Positions 1 through 13,613 of a stretch of 64,000 nt of DNA are shown here, in pieces; the stretch's first letter is position 1; each line of letters opens with the position of its first letter. Source of the stretch: Octopus vulgaris. Taxonomy: Eukaryota. Where the stretch lies: NCBI GenBank assembly GCA_951406725.2, contig OX597814.1:41664001-41728000 (forward strand). Direction: 5' to 3'. The position numbers were made by a program, and so were the translations under genes. The notes beneath the pieces are model-generated. The model saw only the letters and a program-made list of their open reading frames with translations. It made no database searches and had not been told where the DNA came from.

Positions 1-1390
1 GTCCAAAAATGAAGGGATACCAGCAGTTTATGGTAAAGATGAATCCCAGGTAAGATCCCACGTCGATACGGTGTATAATTTCAGTGCTGACATCAGAATG
101 GATTTCGGATAAATAAAAGTGTGGTGTGTTAGTTTTGAACAGAGGCAAAATCAAATGTATGGACTGACTAGTTATAGCGTCGGAGGAGGTTATGAAGCCG
201 ATAGAATTGTTCTTCTGGTCGAGTAACCCATCCTGCTCAAAAGGTCCCTGAGTAAGTGCTGTTTTAGGATGTTGAACGAAACACCCATGTTTCCAGAGAT
301 GAATTATTCAAACCCAAAAGAATCCCTCTCAACACATGGCTATGATGCTTCCCCACTACTTTTGCTCGGGATCAGAGATGCACATATTGTCAGCCACTAA
401 GGGACATTCTCAACTGGTTAAGGTCAAAGAACTGGCAAGCAAATCTGTGGTATTCAGCGGAATAGTTGCTGTAGCCCACCTTTTTGACTAAGACAAATCA
501 ATGTACGTGATAATACTTCCAATGAGTTAAGATCAGAAGCCACGAGAGTCACTATCTGGCGCAGGTACACGTAAGAATGTCACGGTTGTGTAGGATTGAA
601 GATGGTAAGGGCAAAACGTTGTACAAGAACTTGGGAATGAATGAAAAGAAAATTAGGTGGATAAAAAAATGGACAATTTCATAGGGAAGTTAAAAATAAG
701 ACAGGCAGAGGAAAAATGGCTATGGAGTAACAAAATGTGATTTATAACCAGAAACAGAGGCTCTAGTGTGCGTTGCCCAATTGCATGCACTAAGAACCAT
801 TTATATGAAAGACAGAATAGAAAACACCCCATAAAGTTATAAGTGCAGAATTTGTGGACAAAATGGTGAAACCGTATGGCATATTACCAGTCAATGTACG
901 CCACTAGCCCAGAAAGAATATAACAGACGTCATGATAATATAGCAAGGATTTTCCATTGAACATTTTGCAACATGTATTGACATAACAGTGCCAAAATGT
1001 GGCACGAACATAAACCCGAACGCATCATCAAAATTGATAATGCAAAAATCCTATGGAATTTTACGATTCAGTGTGACCATGAGATAGCGAATAAGAAACA
1101 AGACACAGTAGCTTGAGAGGTTAAGCAGTTGTGGTCGCTGAAAAATGTTGTAGTAGTACCACAAATTTATGGATCCCTGGGAACAGTGTGTAAACAACTT
1201 GAGAACTACTTGAAACACATAGGGGCTGCAATAAGGGTGGAACACTTGCAGAAAGCAATACTGATTGTACCACTCGAATACTCCGGCTAGTGTTCGGAAA
1301 ATAAAGGGATGTTACCTTAGTTCAGTGATAGTGAACACCTGGCAGTGTAGTACGTCTCCATCTCCAGCATTAACATCTTTTCAAAGACAA
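1..1390 (+). mobile_element. Decayed, internally deleted 3' part of an R4/Dong-type non-LTR retrotransposon (family 1)
   Basis: RT remnant YGKDESQV at ~29-52; zinc knuckle CRICGQNGETVWHITSQCTPLAQKEYNRRHDN at ~844-940; RLE remnants to ~1300; 3' UTR homologous to 44880-44959, followed by AAT repeats. Stops and frameshifts throughout. Confidence 0.85.
207..565. repeat. Unrelated ~350 bp insert inside the R4/Dong copy (probable interspersed repeat)
   Basis: Homology to the 2107-5410 copy stops at ~206 and resumes at ~570. The intervening sequence has no counterpart in the other family-1 copies. Confidence 0.5.
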
Positions 1391-1448
1391 TAAATAATAA
1401 TGATGATGATGATGATGATGAGGATGAGGATGATGATGATGATACTGA

Positions 1449-1486
<38 letters not shown>

Positions 1487-1490
1487 GTAA
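1391..1490. repeat. Compound trinucleotide microsatellite (AAT)/(GAT)/(ACT)
   Basis: Direct reading. Confidence 0.95.
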
Positions 1491-1494
1491 CACA

Positions 1495-2086
1495 AACAAC
1501 CTCCAGTGCTTGAAAATGACCACATCTCACTCCTCTGGAACTTCACCATTCAAACTGACAGAAAGATAGATGCAAATAGGCCAGGCATCATATTGAAAAA
1601 CTTCAGACAAAGAACATGCCTCCTCATTGATATGACTGTCCCAATCGATATAAACGTATCTGTCAAGACCTACCAAAAACTGAGCAAATATAAAGATCTT
1701 GAAATAGGAATCAGCAAAATGTGGAACATGAAGACTAAAACGATACCTGTTGTCATAGGTGCCCTGGGAATGATAGCAAAAGGGGATGATTGCTACCTAA
1801 CTCAGATTCCAGGAAACCCAAAAATGGCAGAAATTCAAAAGATAGTACTCATGGGAACTGCTCATATCCTACACACAATACTTTCTATGTAATCTCAAGT
1901 TTTAAAACAAACATAATTTTCGTTTTTTTTTTTTAGACATTCACTAGTACAACACCAAAAACTAACCCAAATATATGGCAAACTAGGCATAACAACAACA
2001 TGAACTTCCAACCTGTTGTCTCTTGAAGTCTATGGGTGAGACTTGGAGCCAAATTGTACAAATATAAAGCAAAAGTCAAACATCGA
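1495..2086 (+). mobile_element. 5'-truncated R4/Dong-type element: RLE endonuclease domain plus 3' UTR
   Basis: ORF 1506-1892 (LLWNFTIQTDRKIDANRPGIIL...LIDMTVP...KLSKYKDL...IPVVIGALG) is a PD-(D/E)xK restriction-like endonuclease; the element ends in (AAT)n at 2087-2106. Confidence 0.9.
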
Positions 2087-2106
2087 ATAATAATAATAAT
2101 AATAAT

Positions 2107-5100
2107 TTACCCAAATCTCATGTCGGATCAGAGGAAATATTAACGATGACAAAAAGTAAAAAAAAATTAAAATAACAGCAGTGATGATAATCATACTAAT
2201 GAAAGAAAGCAGTTAATATCTCCCAATTCTCTGATTGTTGATACATCTAGTGGCGTCACAATAAAATCACTGGTAATAGCGTAACCAGATAATCCTCTAT
2301 TTCATATGAGTGACAATGAAAAAGATCAAATATTGTGAATAACGTTGGCAATAAATCTGAAGCCCTTGATGGTGACAGTATTGCACCCTACAGGCTCAGA
2401 GATACTGGTCCTACTCCAGACTGTCGTTATCCAGCAAGGAAGCAGCACACAAAGATCGAACAAATAATTCAATGCTGTGGTCACTGAGGGATAATATCTG
2501 AGCAAATCAGCATACGAAAATCGTGTTCATCTTAGGGGCTACAGAAAAGGTATGTATGATTAATGGAGGGAAAGAGTACCGATTCAACACACAGATAAGT
2601 GTCTATGTGATCAAGCTAGTGGAATAATAATAAAGTCGTTGGTTCACGGAAGTAGAACTCGAGGCTATCAAAACACGGTTATGGGAAAACAGCAGCAAAA
2701 GAACTGAGGAAAATACAGTTTCTACTTATAAATGTAATCTCATAGCACAAAACAGGGGTGAAATCGCTAATAAGCCACAGAAGAGGTCAGTGATAGCTTG
2801 CTCGATGGCAGACATATAGATGGTATGGAAGAAAACAATAAAATTAATAGTGACATGAGAGATGTGGAAAGAGCAATCTATGACAAAATGAAGGTAAGGC
2901 TACGGGAGACAATGGCGACGTTATTTGCAACCTTAAAACAATTGATCGGTGGAAACTGAACCACGAAACGAAAAATGTAAATGGAATTCTGAAATACATC
3001 ACAACAAAAGACATTACAGAAACAAACATGTTGATCAAGGCAGCAGGTATTGTTTTAGTAGCATTGTTGATGTCAAGATAAGGATATATGATGGGAGTGA
3101 CAAAAGAAAAGATCCGTGGTGGAAAAGAAGTATACAGGCGGGGTTAGATACGCTCTCGAAAGACATTTCTGTGTTAGACCGAAAAGAGAGACCTTGAAAG
3201 TGAACAAAAATACAGGCCACTGAACAGTAAGTATGATACTGAAAAAAATGGATTGAAACTAGAAATGGAAGAACGGAAACAGAGCCTCGTTGAGAACGGT
3301 AAGATGCTACCAAATAATGCAGGGGTACCAGCAGAATAGGTTATTCGTAGTAGCTCAGAATAGATCCTTGAAAGAAATAAATGCAAAAAGTACAAATGAA
3401 ATGTTGATACCAGATAACATTGAAGGTCAAAGGTTTTTGAGGGAGATCTAGAGCCAAGACAAGGGGCACAATAAGGATACTGAATTGTGGCAGGAACTGA
3501 AAGAAATAGTAGCCTGTCCCAAACAGGCAGAACTAGTAATTTCAGTTAATAATGTGTAGGAAATCAGCAAAAAAAAAAAAAAGAATCGGCAACTGGAAGG
3601 CCCCTGAAAGAGAGAAAGTTCAAGGTTACTGGATTAAAAGATTTGGAGACATTCATGCACGAATAACTGCACAATTCAACACCTTTTTAAATGCCAACCA
3701 AGTAACACTAAAGTGGTTGACATTGGTTTGGACAGTTCTGTGCTTGAAAAATATCGATAAAATCAATACAATAGACATTTACAGTCCGATATCCTGTTGC
3801 CACTTACGCGTGAATTATTGACTGGAATATTCGGAGAGTCAATGTACGGACATCTGGAAAAAAATTGAATCCTGCCACATGATAGAAGGGTTGCAAGCGT
3901 ACGTGCAGAGGTACCAAGGGTCAACTCCTGGTACACTATATGGTACATAGAGACTGCAAGAGGAAGAAAACTAACTTAGCCATGTTTTGGGGCGTACGAT
4001 ATGATCTCATTGTTGTATGAGGGAATGCATGAACCTATTTGGTATTGTATCGTCCATTGAGCGATTGTTGGAAAAAAGTATGGCGAAGTGGAGGACAGAA
4101 CTGACAGCATATGGAAGAAGTTTAGGGATAATAGAAATGAGAGGCATCCTTCTAGATGACTGCCTGTCCCCACTGGACTCTGTACTGTGCATGATAACAT
4201 TAATACTAATTCTGAGGAAAGCAATATTTGGGTACGTTTTCAAAAGCAGCCAACAAAACCTCAACCACTTGTTATTCGTGAAGTCAGTTTCCTCGTTGAT
4301 ACGCTGTATATTTTCATTGCTGACATAAAATGATGTTCGGGCTGAAAAAGTGGGGTGTGTTATTCTGGAAACGATGCAGTATCAAATGTATGGCCAGGCT
4401 TGCCACATCGTAGGTGGCGGTTATGAAACAAATCGAAGAGACGGGCTATATGTACTTGGGGATATTCGAAATGGATAAATTGATGGAGAAATAAATGACA
4501 GAATAATTTAAGGTGGAGTACTTGCGCAGACTGAGAATGATCCTTAAGTTGCGATTAAACAGACGCAGTAAGATTGAAGCAGCCAACATCTGGGCGGTTT
4601 CACTCCTTAGATATATATTAGGGGTAATCGCATGGACAATAGTCGAACTAAACAACTTCGACAGGATGACAAGTAAGTTGCTGACTAGATTTGGGATACT
4701 CCACCACAAAAATATGGGGAAGAGGATTGATTGGATGCGACTACAACATTAGAACAGAAGAAAACAATATAGTATAGTATTTAACAAAAATGCCGCAGAA
4801 CAGCAATTATTGGTAATAAGAACGTCACATTTGTGTAGGAAGGTAGATTGCAAAAATAAAGCACTAGAAACATATGAGAATGAATGAAACTAAAGATAGT
4901 TCGATAAAGAAACGAATGCATGAACAATTTTATAGGGACGTTAATGATAAGACAGACCGAGCAAAAAGATAGCTATAGAAGACTAAAAGTGATTTAAAAC
5001 CGGAAATTCAGGCTTTACTCTGTTCTGAACCAGCTATATCAATTACAGAATAGATGACAGAAATCAATAAGTGCAGGATTTGTAGAAAATATGGCGAAAC

Positions 5101-5410
5101 CCCATGCCATATTACCAGTCAATGTACGCCACCAGCCCAAAAAGAAATTAAGATACGTCATGACAATATAGCAAAGATTGTCCATTGGACACTTTGCAAC
5201 AAGTATGGACTTGAGAGATGAAAAAGTGGTACGAACATAATCCCGAAGGCATCATCGAAATTGATAATGCAAAGACCCTAGGAGATATCATGAATCAATG
5301 TGACCTCGTGATAGAGTATAGGAAATCAGATATGGTGTTAATTGAGAAATAATTCAAGCGATGGTGGATCATAGATATAGCATGCCCGGCTGATAACAAG
5401 GTATGCGAAA
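2107..5410 (+). mobile_element. Near full-length decayed R4/Dong-type retrotransposon (family 1), 3' end missing
   Basis: Fragments in order: PWWKR N-terminal motif (~3113), NWKAP..VQGYWIKRF (~3590), RGILLDDCLSPL and LNHLLF RT motifs (4140-4280), YLGI, zinc knuckle (~5070-5165), IDIACPADNKVC (~5371). 5' end matches the minus-strand copy at ~42035. Confidence 0.88.
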
Positions 5411-6605
5411 CTGTAACATTTCATATTCTTCACTCGCCCTATGACCCTGTATGTGACACGGTGAAAGATTTTAACAATTATGTAGAATATAAGTAAATAA
5501 TAATAATAAATTACGGAGATGTACTTGCATGTTTTTCATCAAATAAATTGGCCGAAATGTATAACTCAGTCGTACTTCTTTGCATTATATAGATCTCTCT
5601 TGACACTATCATTTATTCATCAGTAATTTCGAGAATGGCGTGACAGCTCAAGCTAATAATGTGTTGTTTTTGATGTTTCTGCTTTCACTGCAAGGATGGC
5701 CATGGTAGTCGTGATAATAGTATGATTACTGGTTGTCGTATGATTGGTATTTGCCAGCAGTCAAAGTGAAAGTAAGTCAACTACGCATTTTATTGAGACC
5801 TTTACCAGGACTAGTGCCTTCCGTATGTTTTATCTCTAGTGTTGATAGCAATAATACTGGTAGCGTTAATAGGAATGTCGTTTTTGGCAGCCATAAAGTT
5901 ACTTCCATTGCTTTTTACTATGGAAAACAGTACTGGATATTTGCATTGTCTCTTTCCCTTTAAACGAATTTGCTGATGTAAGTCTTTTACATAGTATTTA
6001 CATCCCTATGTTGCTATTTCCGCTTCTATCTATATGTTTTAGACACCTCAAAAACATTGAATAATGAGGATGTGTATATTTTCGTTGCTGCTGGTATAAC
6101 ATCTGTAAACATCTTTATATCCGATGTAGTGTGGATGTTTTTCTTAAAACGATGAATACTGCGTTATTCCTGGCAAATGATATATTGCGGTTTAGAAGCC
6201 TTAGTATAGTAACTTTATGAATTGCCATAAGTTCATTTTGCGAAAAATATCGATATGAATTTTCTTATAAATTATAACGGTTCATTTCTACATTACCAAA
6301 TACCGATGGTGAGGGAACACAATATTTAACAGTGATATCGTTTTTATTCTCCATGTTAGAGGGGTTTTTTGCACAGAACATTGTATTCATTTAACATATG
6401 TATGCCAATTATTGTTACACTATTATTATGTTATGGAAAATAATGTTAACCTATTTCTACAATATGTCGTGCTTCCTTTATATTAAACATATTATTTTAG
6501 AACTCACATATATTGATAGATGGATATATAGAGATTTCTTTAGAGAGAAAAATAGATAAAAAGATAGTTTGACAATAGCACAACAAAGATGAATATACAT
6601 ATATG

Positions 6606-6606
<1 letters not shown>

Positions 6607-6647
<41 letters not shown>

Positions 6648-6650
6648 TAT

Positions 6651-6716
<66 letters not shown>

Positions 6717-6800
6717 GCATGGTTAGCTAAATAGATAGACTGGCAGAGACAGAGACAGAGACAGACAGACATACATACATACAGACATACAGACAGACAT
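6607..6800. repeat. (GATA)n followed by (GACA)/(CATA) microsatellite
   Basis: Direct reading. Confidence 0.95.
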
Positions 6801-7333
6801 ATAGAAAAACAAGCAGAGAGACAGATAGGTAATAGAATTCGCAGATGAATAGAGAGATATACCCATCACTTATGTGATATTTTGTAGCCAAGGGTTTGGA
6901 TAGTACAAACAGTATGTTAACTTATCCTCGAGCGTATGTAGCAAGAGTTTGTGAGGCAAATCCTGATAGAAAATACATTCTTTGAAATATTGGTAGATGT
7001 AAGAGTACCCTCCTCCAGTCGGCTTCCAGAACAGTTATGTTGCTATTACTGTACGTTGTAATAATAATTGATATGACATGCAGAGCAAATGTAGGAGACG
7101 TTATGACTAGCGCAAGTTTATATCCTTTTATCATTATGCTCTAGTCACGGTTGTGATCCACAGCTCAATGCATTTGATGTGTGTGAAAATATGCAAAACG
7201 ATCTTTTGTAGTTCAACATCCAATTACACTTAAAATATCCAGTAGGGGTGTCGCAATTAACTACAATCATAAACTGTACAAAACGAACAAATGAAAGAAG
7301 CCAATGCATATTCACCTCACATTCCTCCTAAAT

Positions 7334-7475
<142 letters not shown>

Positions 7476-8092
7476 TACATATATGTATTACGTATATGTT
7501 TAATCACTTATGTATCAACATAATGTTTGTCATAATTCTGCAATAAGTTTCCCTGTCCTTATTTTATGTATATTAAGTATTTTAGAAGTGACAATGCAAG
7601 AAGAAAACTCAGATACACATATGCATACAAATTATATATTTACGTATGTATGTATGTTTATATGAATGTATGCATGCATGTATGTATGCATTCAAGTATG
7701 ACTGATCGTATATATGTGTATATGTATATTAATATTATTGTCTGCTATCATATGTCGTAAGCATGTGAAAAATGAGCACATTCTAGTGGTACTTTATCAC
7801 AGTCAACATGTTGGTGTAGAAAATTTTCTTGAGTTTTAAAATTTAAGTGGAAAAATTTATAATTATACTCTGAATCGATTCTGAGTAGACAAGTATCTCC
7901 TATACGTTTTCTACTTCAAATCTATATTCAATACATGTCAATTTCTTTTTATATGTATGGGTGTGTGTATCTGTGTAATATGCCATCATTCCCGTGCACG
8001 CTGATGTTAAGCCATAAGGAATCTATGATTATTTACGCTTCCATTCAAAGCTACATATCTATCTGCTATGACTAATGCTGTAAATATGTTAT

Positions 8093-8181
<89 letters not shown>

Positions 8182-8559
8182 ATGTGTGTTTGTGTGTGTA
8201 TGGATGTATATATGTATTTATGTATGCATAGAGTTTTAGATTAAAGAAACGTCTAAAGCGTTTGCCAAAAACAAACTATTCCAGTTTCATACGTGCAAAC
8301 TGCACACTTTCATATCACATATATGTGCCGCTAAGTATTTCAAACGATACAGAATTTTCGACTGCATATACGTATACACATATAGAAACATACAGGGGTG
8401 CATGCATACATACATACATAACTGCATGCATACATACATACATACATGCATTTCTTTTCATTTGACACTTCGACAACCCTGCGAAGGCTAAATTACTTTT
8501 AAAATTTATAAGCAATTCACTGTTTTTGACCTTTCAGGAATTTCTGCGTGTAGCCATTC

Positions 8560-8900
8560 TTATAAAACGATTTGCATTTTAAAATTCCGTCACCTTTTTT
8601 CGGGGGGTGCGGACGATATTTGAAAATATTGTGATCATCTCGATTTCAAATATTTACTTCGTCGTTTCACGTAGAAGCTATATGTCCCTCACATGGTAAA
8701 TTGCTGGCAGAGATTATTCGCTTGTTTGCAGATCCCTGGCGAGCTTCCAGTTGACAGATTGTCTAAATAAGATGGGCATGCCATACCGGAGATAAACTCC
8801 GTACGTATGGATGTATATAATGGGTAGGGGGTTGGCATTTGTTACTGTTTGTTTCTTCGGTACTAGGAGTTTTCCAAACGTAGTTCGTCTAGCACACTGA
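8560..8900 (-). mobile_element. Highly decayed CR1/L2-like LINE C-terminal remnant
   Basis: Minus-strand translation gives VRSLSPVWHAHL...QLEARQ...KRII, resembling the LEYASPVWHP...LE..Q.RA.RII region of CR1/L2 ORF2. Confidence 0.35.
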
Positions 8901-9238
8901 GCATTTTCGCTATTAATATCTTGGTTGCATTCACCAGCGCAATCTTAATGCTGTAGCTGTTGAGGAGGAAAGCAGTTCCTTATTTCGGTCACTCAAAATG
9001 GATAGTGGGGAGCTCCTCCATATCCAATTTGGCTTGGCAGTCCACAATACATTAGTGCTCTTTTTCAGCGTCAAATTTCAGGAAGAATCTATTGTGTATA
9101 GTATTTGTTCTTTTGAATCTCGAGGTATAGCTCGAAGTTATCTACCTATTTTGCCCAGAACAGAGTAGCAAGCTTCAAGCTGGTATATATTTTGTTAATA
9201 CATACAACAAACTACAGGACATAGAAAACAAACTCATG

Positions 9239-9288
<50 letters not shown>

Positions 9289-10748
9289 TACGTGTGTGTG
9301 GTTGTGGGTGTATACATTTATATCAATAAATATACAAATGTGTGTGTATGCATGTACGTCTATATGTATATCTGAATGTGTGTATCTATGTGTTTATAAA
9401 TATACAATCAATGAAATAAGACAAAGGTAATATTCTCTTTCGTTATAATTATATACGACAACGTGATACCGAGAAAATTGATTATTGCATTTCCGGATGG
9501 ACGACAGAATTAATATTCATGTAGCTTTATGCTGTTGGTTTCACTGCTATAGCGGATGATGTTCCCTGTTAATGTAAAGATTGAGATACATTGCAACAGA
9601 ACACGTAGTAGAGAAATGCAGTAATATTAATATTACTTCTCTAAAAGACATGGGAAAAAGTTATGGAATAGATAAAATGATAAAGGAAACTAAATGATTC
9701 ACAGTACGTATAATAATCTTTGTAAGTTTTAGATATATACCCTGCGGTGATCATGCTAAGTCTTTCGACCTACTGAAGTCGATAAAATAAGATGAAATTC
9801 TGGCTTCATCGCCATCGTTGTCTGAGCGTCGTAGTTGCCGTCTCCAACGTCATAGTCTATATTATTGTCATCGTATTCGCCAACGGCATCTTGGTTACAG
9901 ATGCTGTCGTGGAAGTCGTTAACAATACCATCATCATCATTATCATCTCGGTGTTAATGTCAAATTTTAAATTTAATGATCAGACGTATAATTTCCATGG
10001 ATCTACGTCGGCTAGAATATTTATGACAGCTTCTGAAAATTTGCTCGCAGGATCTCAATTTCAGTTTCACTTCGTGTTATTAGCAGCTGGTTTTTAATTA
10101 TGCTTAGATTATCAGTTGCCACGGAGATATTTTCATTTCTCAGGTCAAAACAATTTGCCTACTTTCAGGACACCTTCATACGATATTCAATTCTCTCTTA
10201 TTTACTTCAACAAAGCCATCAAATAGAATACATAACCATATATTCTTAGATATTTCCCTTTGTTTCATTTTGAGATTGTGCTATGAGTAGTTAACATTGT
10301 TAAATATACAGAATATTAGATTATCTCCTCGAATGGCAGAGTTTTTACATCGGCAGACAAACCACGTAGTAGACTTTTATTCTTGATCTTTCATATTTCT
10401 GCGATCAATTCTCAACGAAAACGAATTAGCTTTTGAGGTTTCAGGGTACCACTCAATTATATGACCCGATATAATTGAGTAAGTTATGCCTTCCATTTCT
10501 GAACTTCCGTCTATATTGGAAACTACATTAGCACATTCAGTACGATTCAATGAAACCGATACAATCCCAGTGAATAGTTCCCAACAAATAATATTATGCA
10601 GTATCTTTTAAATAGGTTTACTGTGTTTGCCTTTGTCGTTATCTATATATTTGGAAAAGTCTTCTACTTTATTTTTTAAAACATATCTTCATTCTATTGG
10701 TCACTTTCTTATTCTACGATTACAGAAAATGTAGTTTCTCTTCACACA

Positions 10749-10838
<90 letters not shown>

Positions 10839-10889
10839 AGGTTTGTCTGCCAATGTAAAAACTCTGCCATTCGAGGTGATATATGTTTA

Positions 10890-11104
10890 AAATAGCAGCA
10901 CCATCATTCCGTCATTGATGACAAAATTTGTCGGCCTTCGTTTTCCTTTGGATAACATCAGCGGAATGGAAAATTGAGGATGGTATGTATAGGCGACAAG
11001 ACCCTTTGAAGAGAACTTTGTAGATGCAATCCAATGGTCATTAGTGACCAAAGAAGGGGGTCTTTACCCTTTACTTTTTATGTTTAAATATATATATATA
11101 TATC

Positions 11105-11170
<66 letters not shown>

Positions 11171-11175
11171 CATAT

Positions 11176-11206
<31 letters not shown>

Positions 11207-11385
11207 TATAATCACACATTTCCCGATCCAGAGTTATCCTAGCCAGGTTCTCTGGATTCTGTATATTCTCCACCTAGACAGGACGCTGTTTTTGCGCAGG
11301 ATTATTCATTTCTGCCAACCAAGAGCAGTGGAACAATGTGAAATGAAGAGTTCTGCTCATGCACATCGCCCACTAGTGCTTGCTG
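10890..11385 (-). mobile_element. Decayed SINE (family B-like) with internal (TG)/(TA) microsatellite
   Basis: 11320-11370 resembles the GAGTGGACTGGAGCAAC..GAAATGAAGTGTTTTGCTCAAGAAC domain at 13748-13791 and 20515-20560. Confidence 0.5.
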
Positions 11386-11404
11386 TACAAACAATTGTAG
11401 AGCA

Positions 11405-11550
11405 TTTCTATATATTTAAGAGATGAGGAATTATGTACGTTATTTATATTATTTACATTTGACGAATACTTGTCTTAATTTTTCTTGTTGTTAACACAAC
11501 GTTTCGGCTGATTTGCTCTCCAGCCTTCATTAGGTGTCTTGGGGAAATTT
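11405..11550 (-). repeat. Inverted partial pseudo-LTR at the 5' end of the Penelope-like element
   Basis: Reverse complement aligns to 13523-13605 (AAATTTCCCC...CAGCCGAAACGTTGTGTTAACA...ATGTAAATAATGT). Confidence 0.85.
11493..11538 (-). ncRNA. Minimal type I hammerhead ribozyme motif, one core substitution
   Basis: Minus strand reads GACAC CTAATGA A GGCTG gagagcaaat CAGCC GAAA CGTT GTGTT: stem I GACAC/GTGTT, stem II GGCTG/CAGCC, palindromic AACGTT in place of stem III. CTAATGA replaces CTGATGA. Confidence 0.7.
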
Positions 11551-13350
11551 CTGAAGAAGTAGTACTGAAAAAAATTCTCAACTTTGCGACTATCATCAGG
11601 CGCACCCCATACTTAAAAATAATAGCCCCTACTGAAGAGACAGCCGTAAAAATACCACAACCTCAGGGCGATGAACTAAGGTGAAATGTGAGATAGGTAC
11701 AAGAAAAAGAGAAACTACCCAATGCAAACATCAGTAAAGAAGAAAATATCGCTTTCAAAAGACTACAGAGTGACAATTCCATCATAATACTTTTAACGGA
11801 CAAGGGAAATGCTACAGAGGTGATGAAAAATTCTGACTACTCTGAAAATTTGGCAAGTCTTATAAATGATGGTAGGTACAGCAAATAAAGAAATACCCAA
11901 CTCTGAAAACAGAGAGGAAGTTATCAGAGATCTTGATCAAGAACAAGGATCACTCTACACTAATGAAGTACAGACAACACTACAGTAAACTACCACACAT
12001 GTACGGTCTCCTTAAGATTCACAAGGATGGTATTTCATTAGGACCTATTGGGAGCTGAGAGGTTGCAGCATGTCATCTACTGAGCCGCTTCCTTGTGGAT
12101 ATAATCAGTCCATTAGCAGAGAACTCAACATCGTTCGTGAAGAATTACACCCACTTCACAGAATTGATCAAGGATACCCCTATTGAATACAATCAGTTTA
12201 TGAGTCTAGATGTAAAACGTCAGTTCACCAAAGTCCCAACTGGTGAAGCATTATCGGTTAATCAAGAGAAACTACTGACAGACACCCATCTAAAAGGATG
12301 CACTAGTATACCAATAAGAAACTTGATGGAAATGTTGAGCTTCTGTGTAGAAACTACCAACTTCAGTATGGGCACTGATATATATCGAGCAGAAATTTTA
12401 GCTATGGGTTCACCATTATCACCGATAATAACCAATATATACATGGCTGGCTTAGGATCAACACCGTTAAAACCAACACTATGTCGGCGATATGTTGATG
12501 ACACTATTATACTCTGGCCCCACCACGAAAATGTCCAAGTGTTGTTAGATGAAGTGACCTCAATAAAGCCATCCGTACAGTTCACAGTGGAAAAGGAAAA
12601 AAGACAATCATCTAGCATTCCTGGACGTATTAATAACACGCACCAAGCATGGATTCAGGACATCCATATACTGCAAGCCGACCTTCACTGGACGAGACCT
12701 CAAATTCAATTCCCACTATCCATAGAGTGGGAGATTGCTCAGTGCCTAAACATCAAGCAAAGAATAAAAGTAGCGTTCTTGATACACTCCACGAAAACAT
12801 GATCAAGCTCAGTAACACTCTATTAGGCAACAACTACCCCCAAAATATACTATCCACCCCAATTATAATGAAAAGAGAGGATGAAACCAATAAACTGTGC
12901 ACAGTTTGTCTACCCAATGTGAATTGCCTCTCAGACAATATAGAAAAGATATGCGGCCCATATGACATCAGGACAGTATTCAAGAGTAAGACAACACTTC
13001 ACAAATATCTCCTTCGAGTAAAACCACCAATAGAAGAGAATATGACCAAAGACTGCGTGTACTCCCTCCCATGCAGCTGTGTTAGGTTATACAAAGGCAA
13101 AACACGCCTCTCCCTCAAAATAAGGGTAGACGAACATCGCAAAGCTGTGACACGTGAAGATATTAATAAATCGGGTATAGCTGATTGTGTATGGAAAATT
13201 TGAGACCAACTCCTCCTGTGGGATCAAGTTAAGATAAGAGACAGAGATCACTGGAAAATACGAAAACTAAAAGAAGCAGCACATATGGTAGGACACAGTA
13301 ACTTCCTAAGCAGAACGAGTGCAGATATGAATAGCATATAGGAACATATT
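11551..13350 (+). mobile_element. Penelope-like element: RT plus GIY-YIG endonuclease pseudogene
   Basis: VLKKILNFA, DKGNAT, MYGLLKIHKDG, SLDVKRQFTKVP, AMGSPLSP and RRYVDDT (RT, ORF 12095-12802); CVYSLPCSCVRLYKGKTRLSLKIRVDEH (GIY-YIG, ORF 12649-13203). Frameshifted. Confidence 0.93.
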
Positions 13351-13389
13351 AGATTTAAAAGCCCTAAAATTCACTCACTCCATAATTGC

Positions 13390-13613
13390 CCAAGGGAATA
13401 TGGCGTAGTGTTTAAGAGCGCGGGCTGCTAACCCCAAGAATCTGAGTTCGATTCCAGGCTGTGACCTAAATAATAATAATAATAACATCGAAAAATACCT
13501 TAGGAATGAGAACCCACGTTCGAAATTTCCCCTAATATCAGCCAAAACGTTGTGTTAACAAAGTGAGTACAAATATCCGACGCATGTAGATAATGTAAAT
13601 AATGTAAGGAATT
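13390..13613 (+). repeat. 3' pseudo-LTR of the PLE: tRNA-like head, (AAT)n, partly deleted hammerhead
   Basis: A-box-like TGGCGTAGTG (~13400), B-box GAGTTCGATTCC (13444-13455), (AAT)n 13469-13484, then the tail shared with 30300-30460, 39974-40096 and 54547-54722. Confidence 0.85.

Noticed and set aside
13393-13460. tRNA gene (GCT anticodon-like loop)
   Set aside because: No acceptor stem or oligo-T terminator; it recurs as the head of a repeat module.
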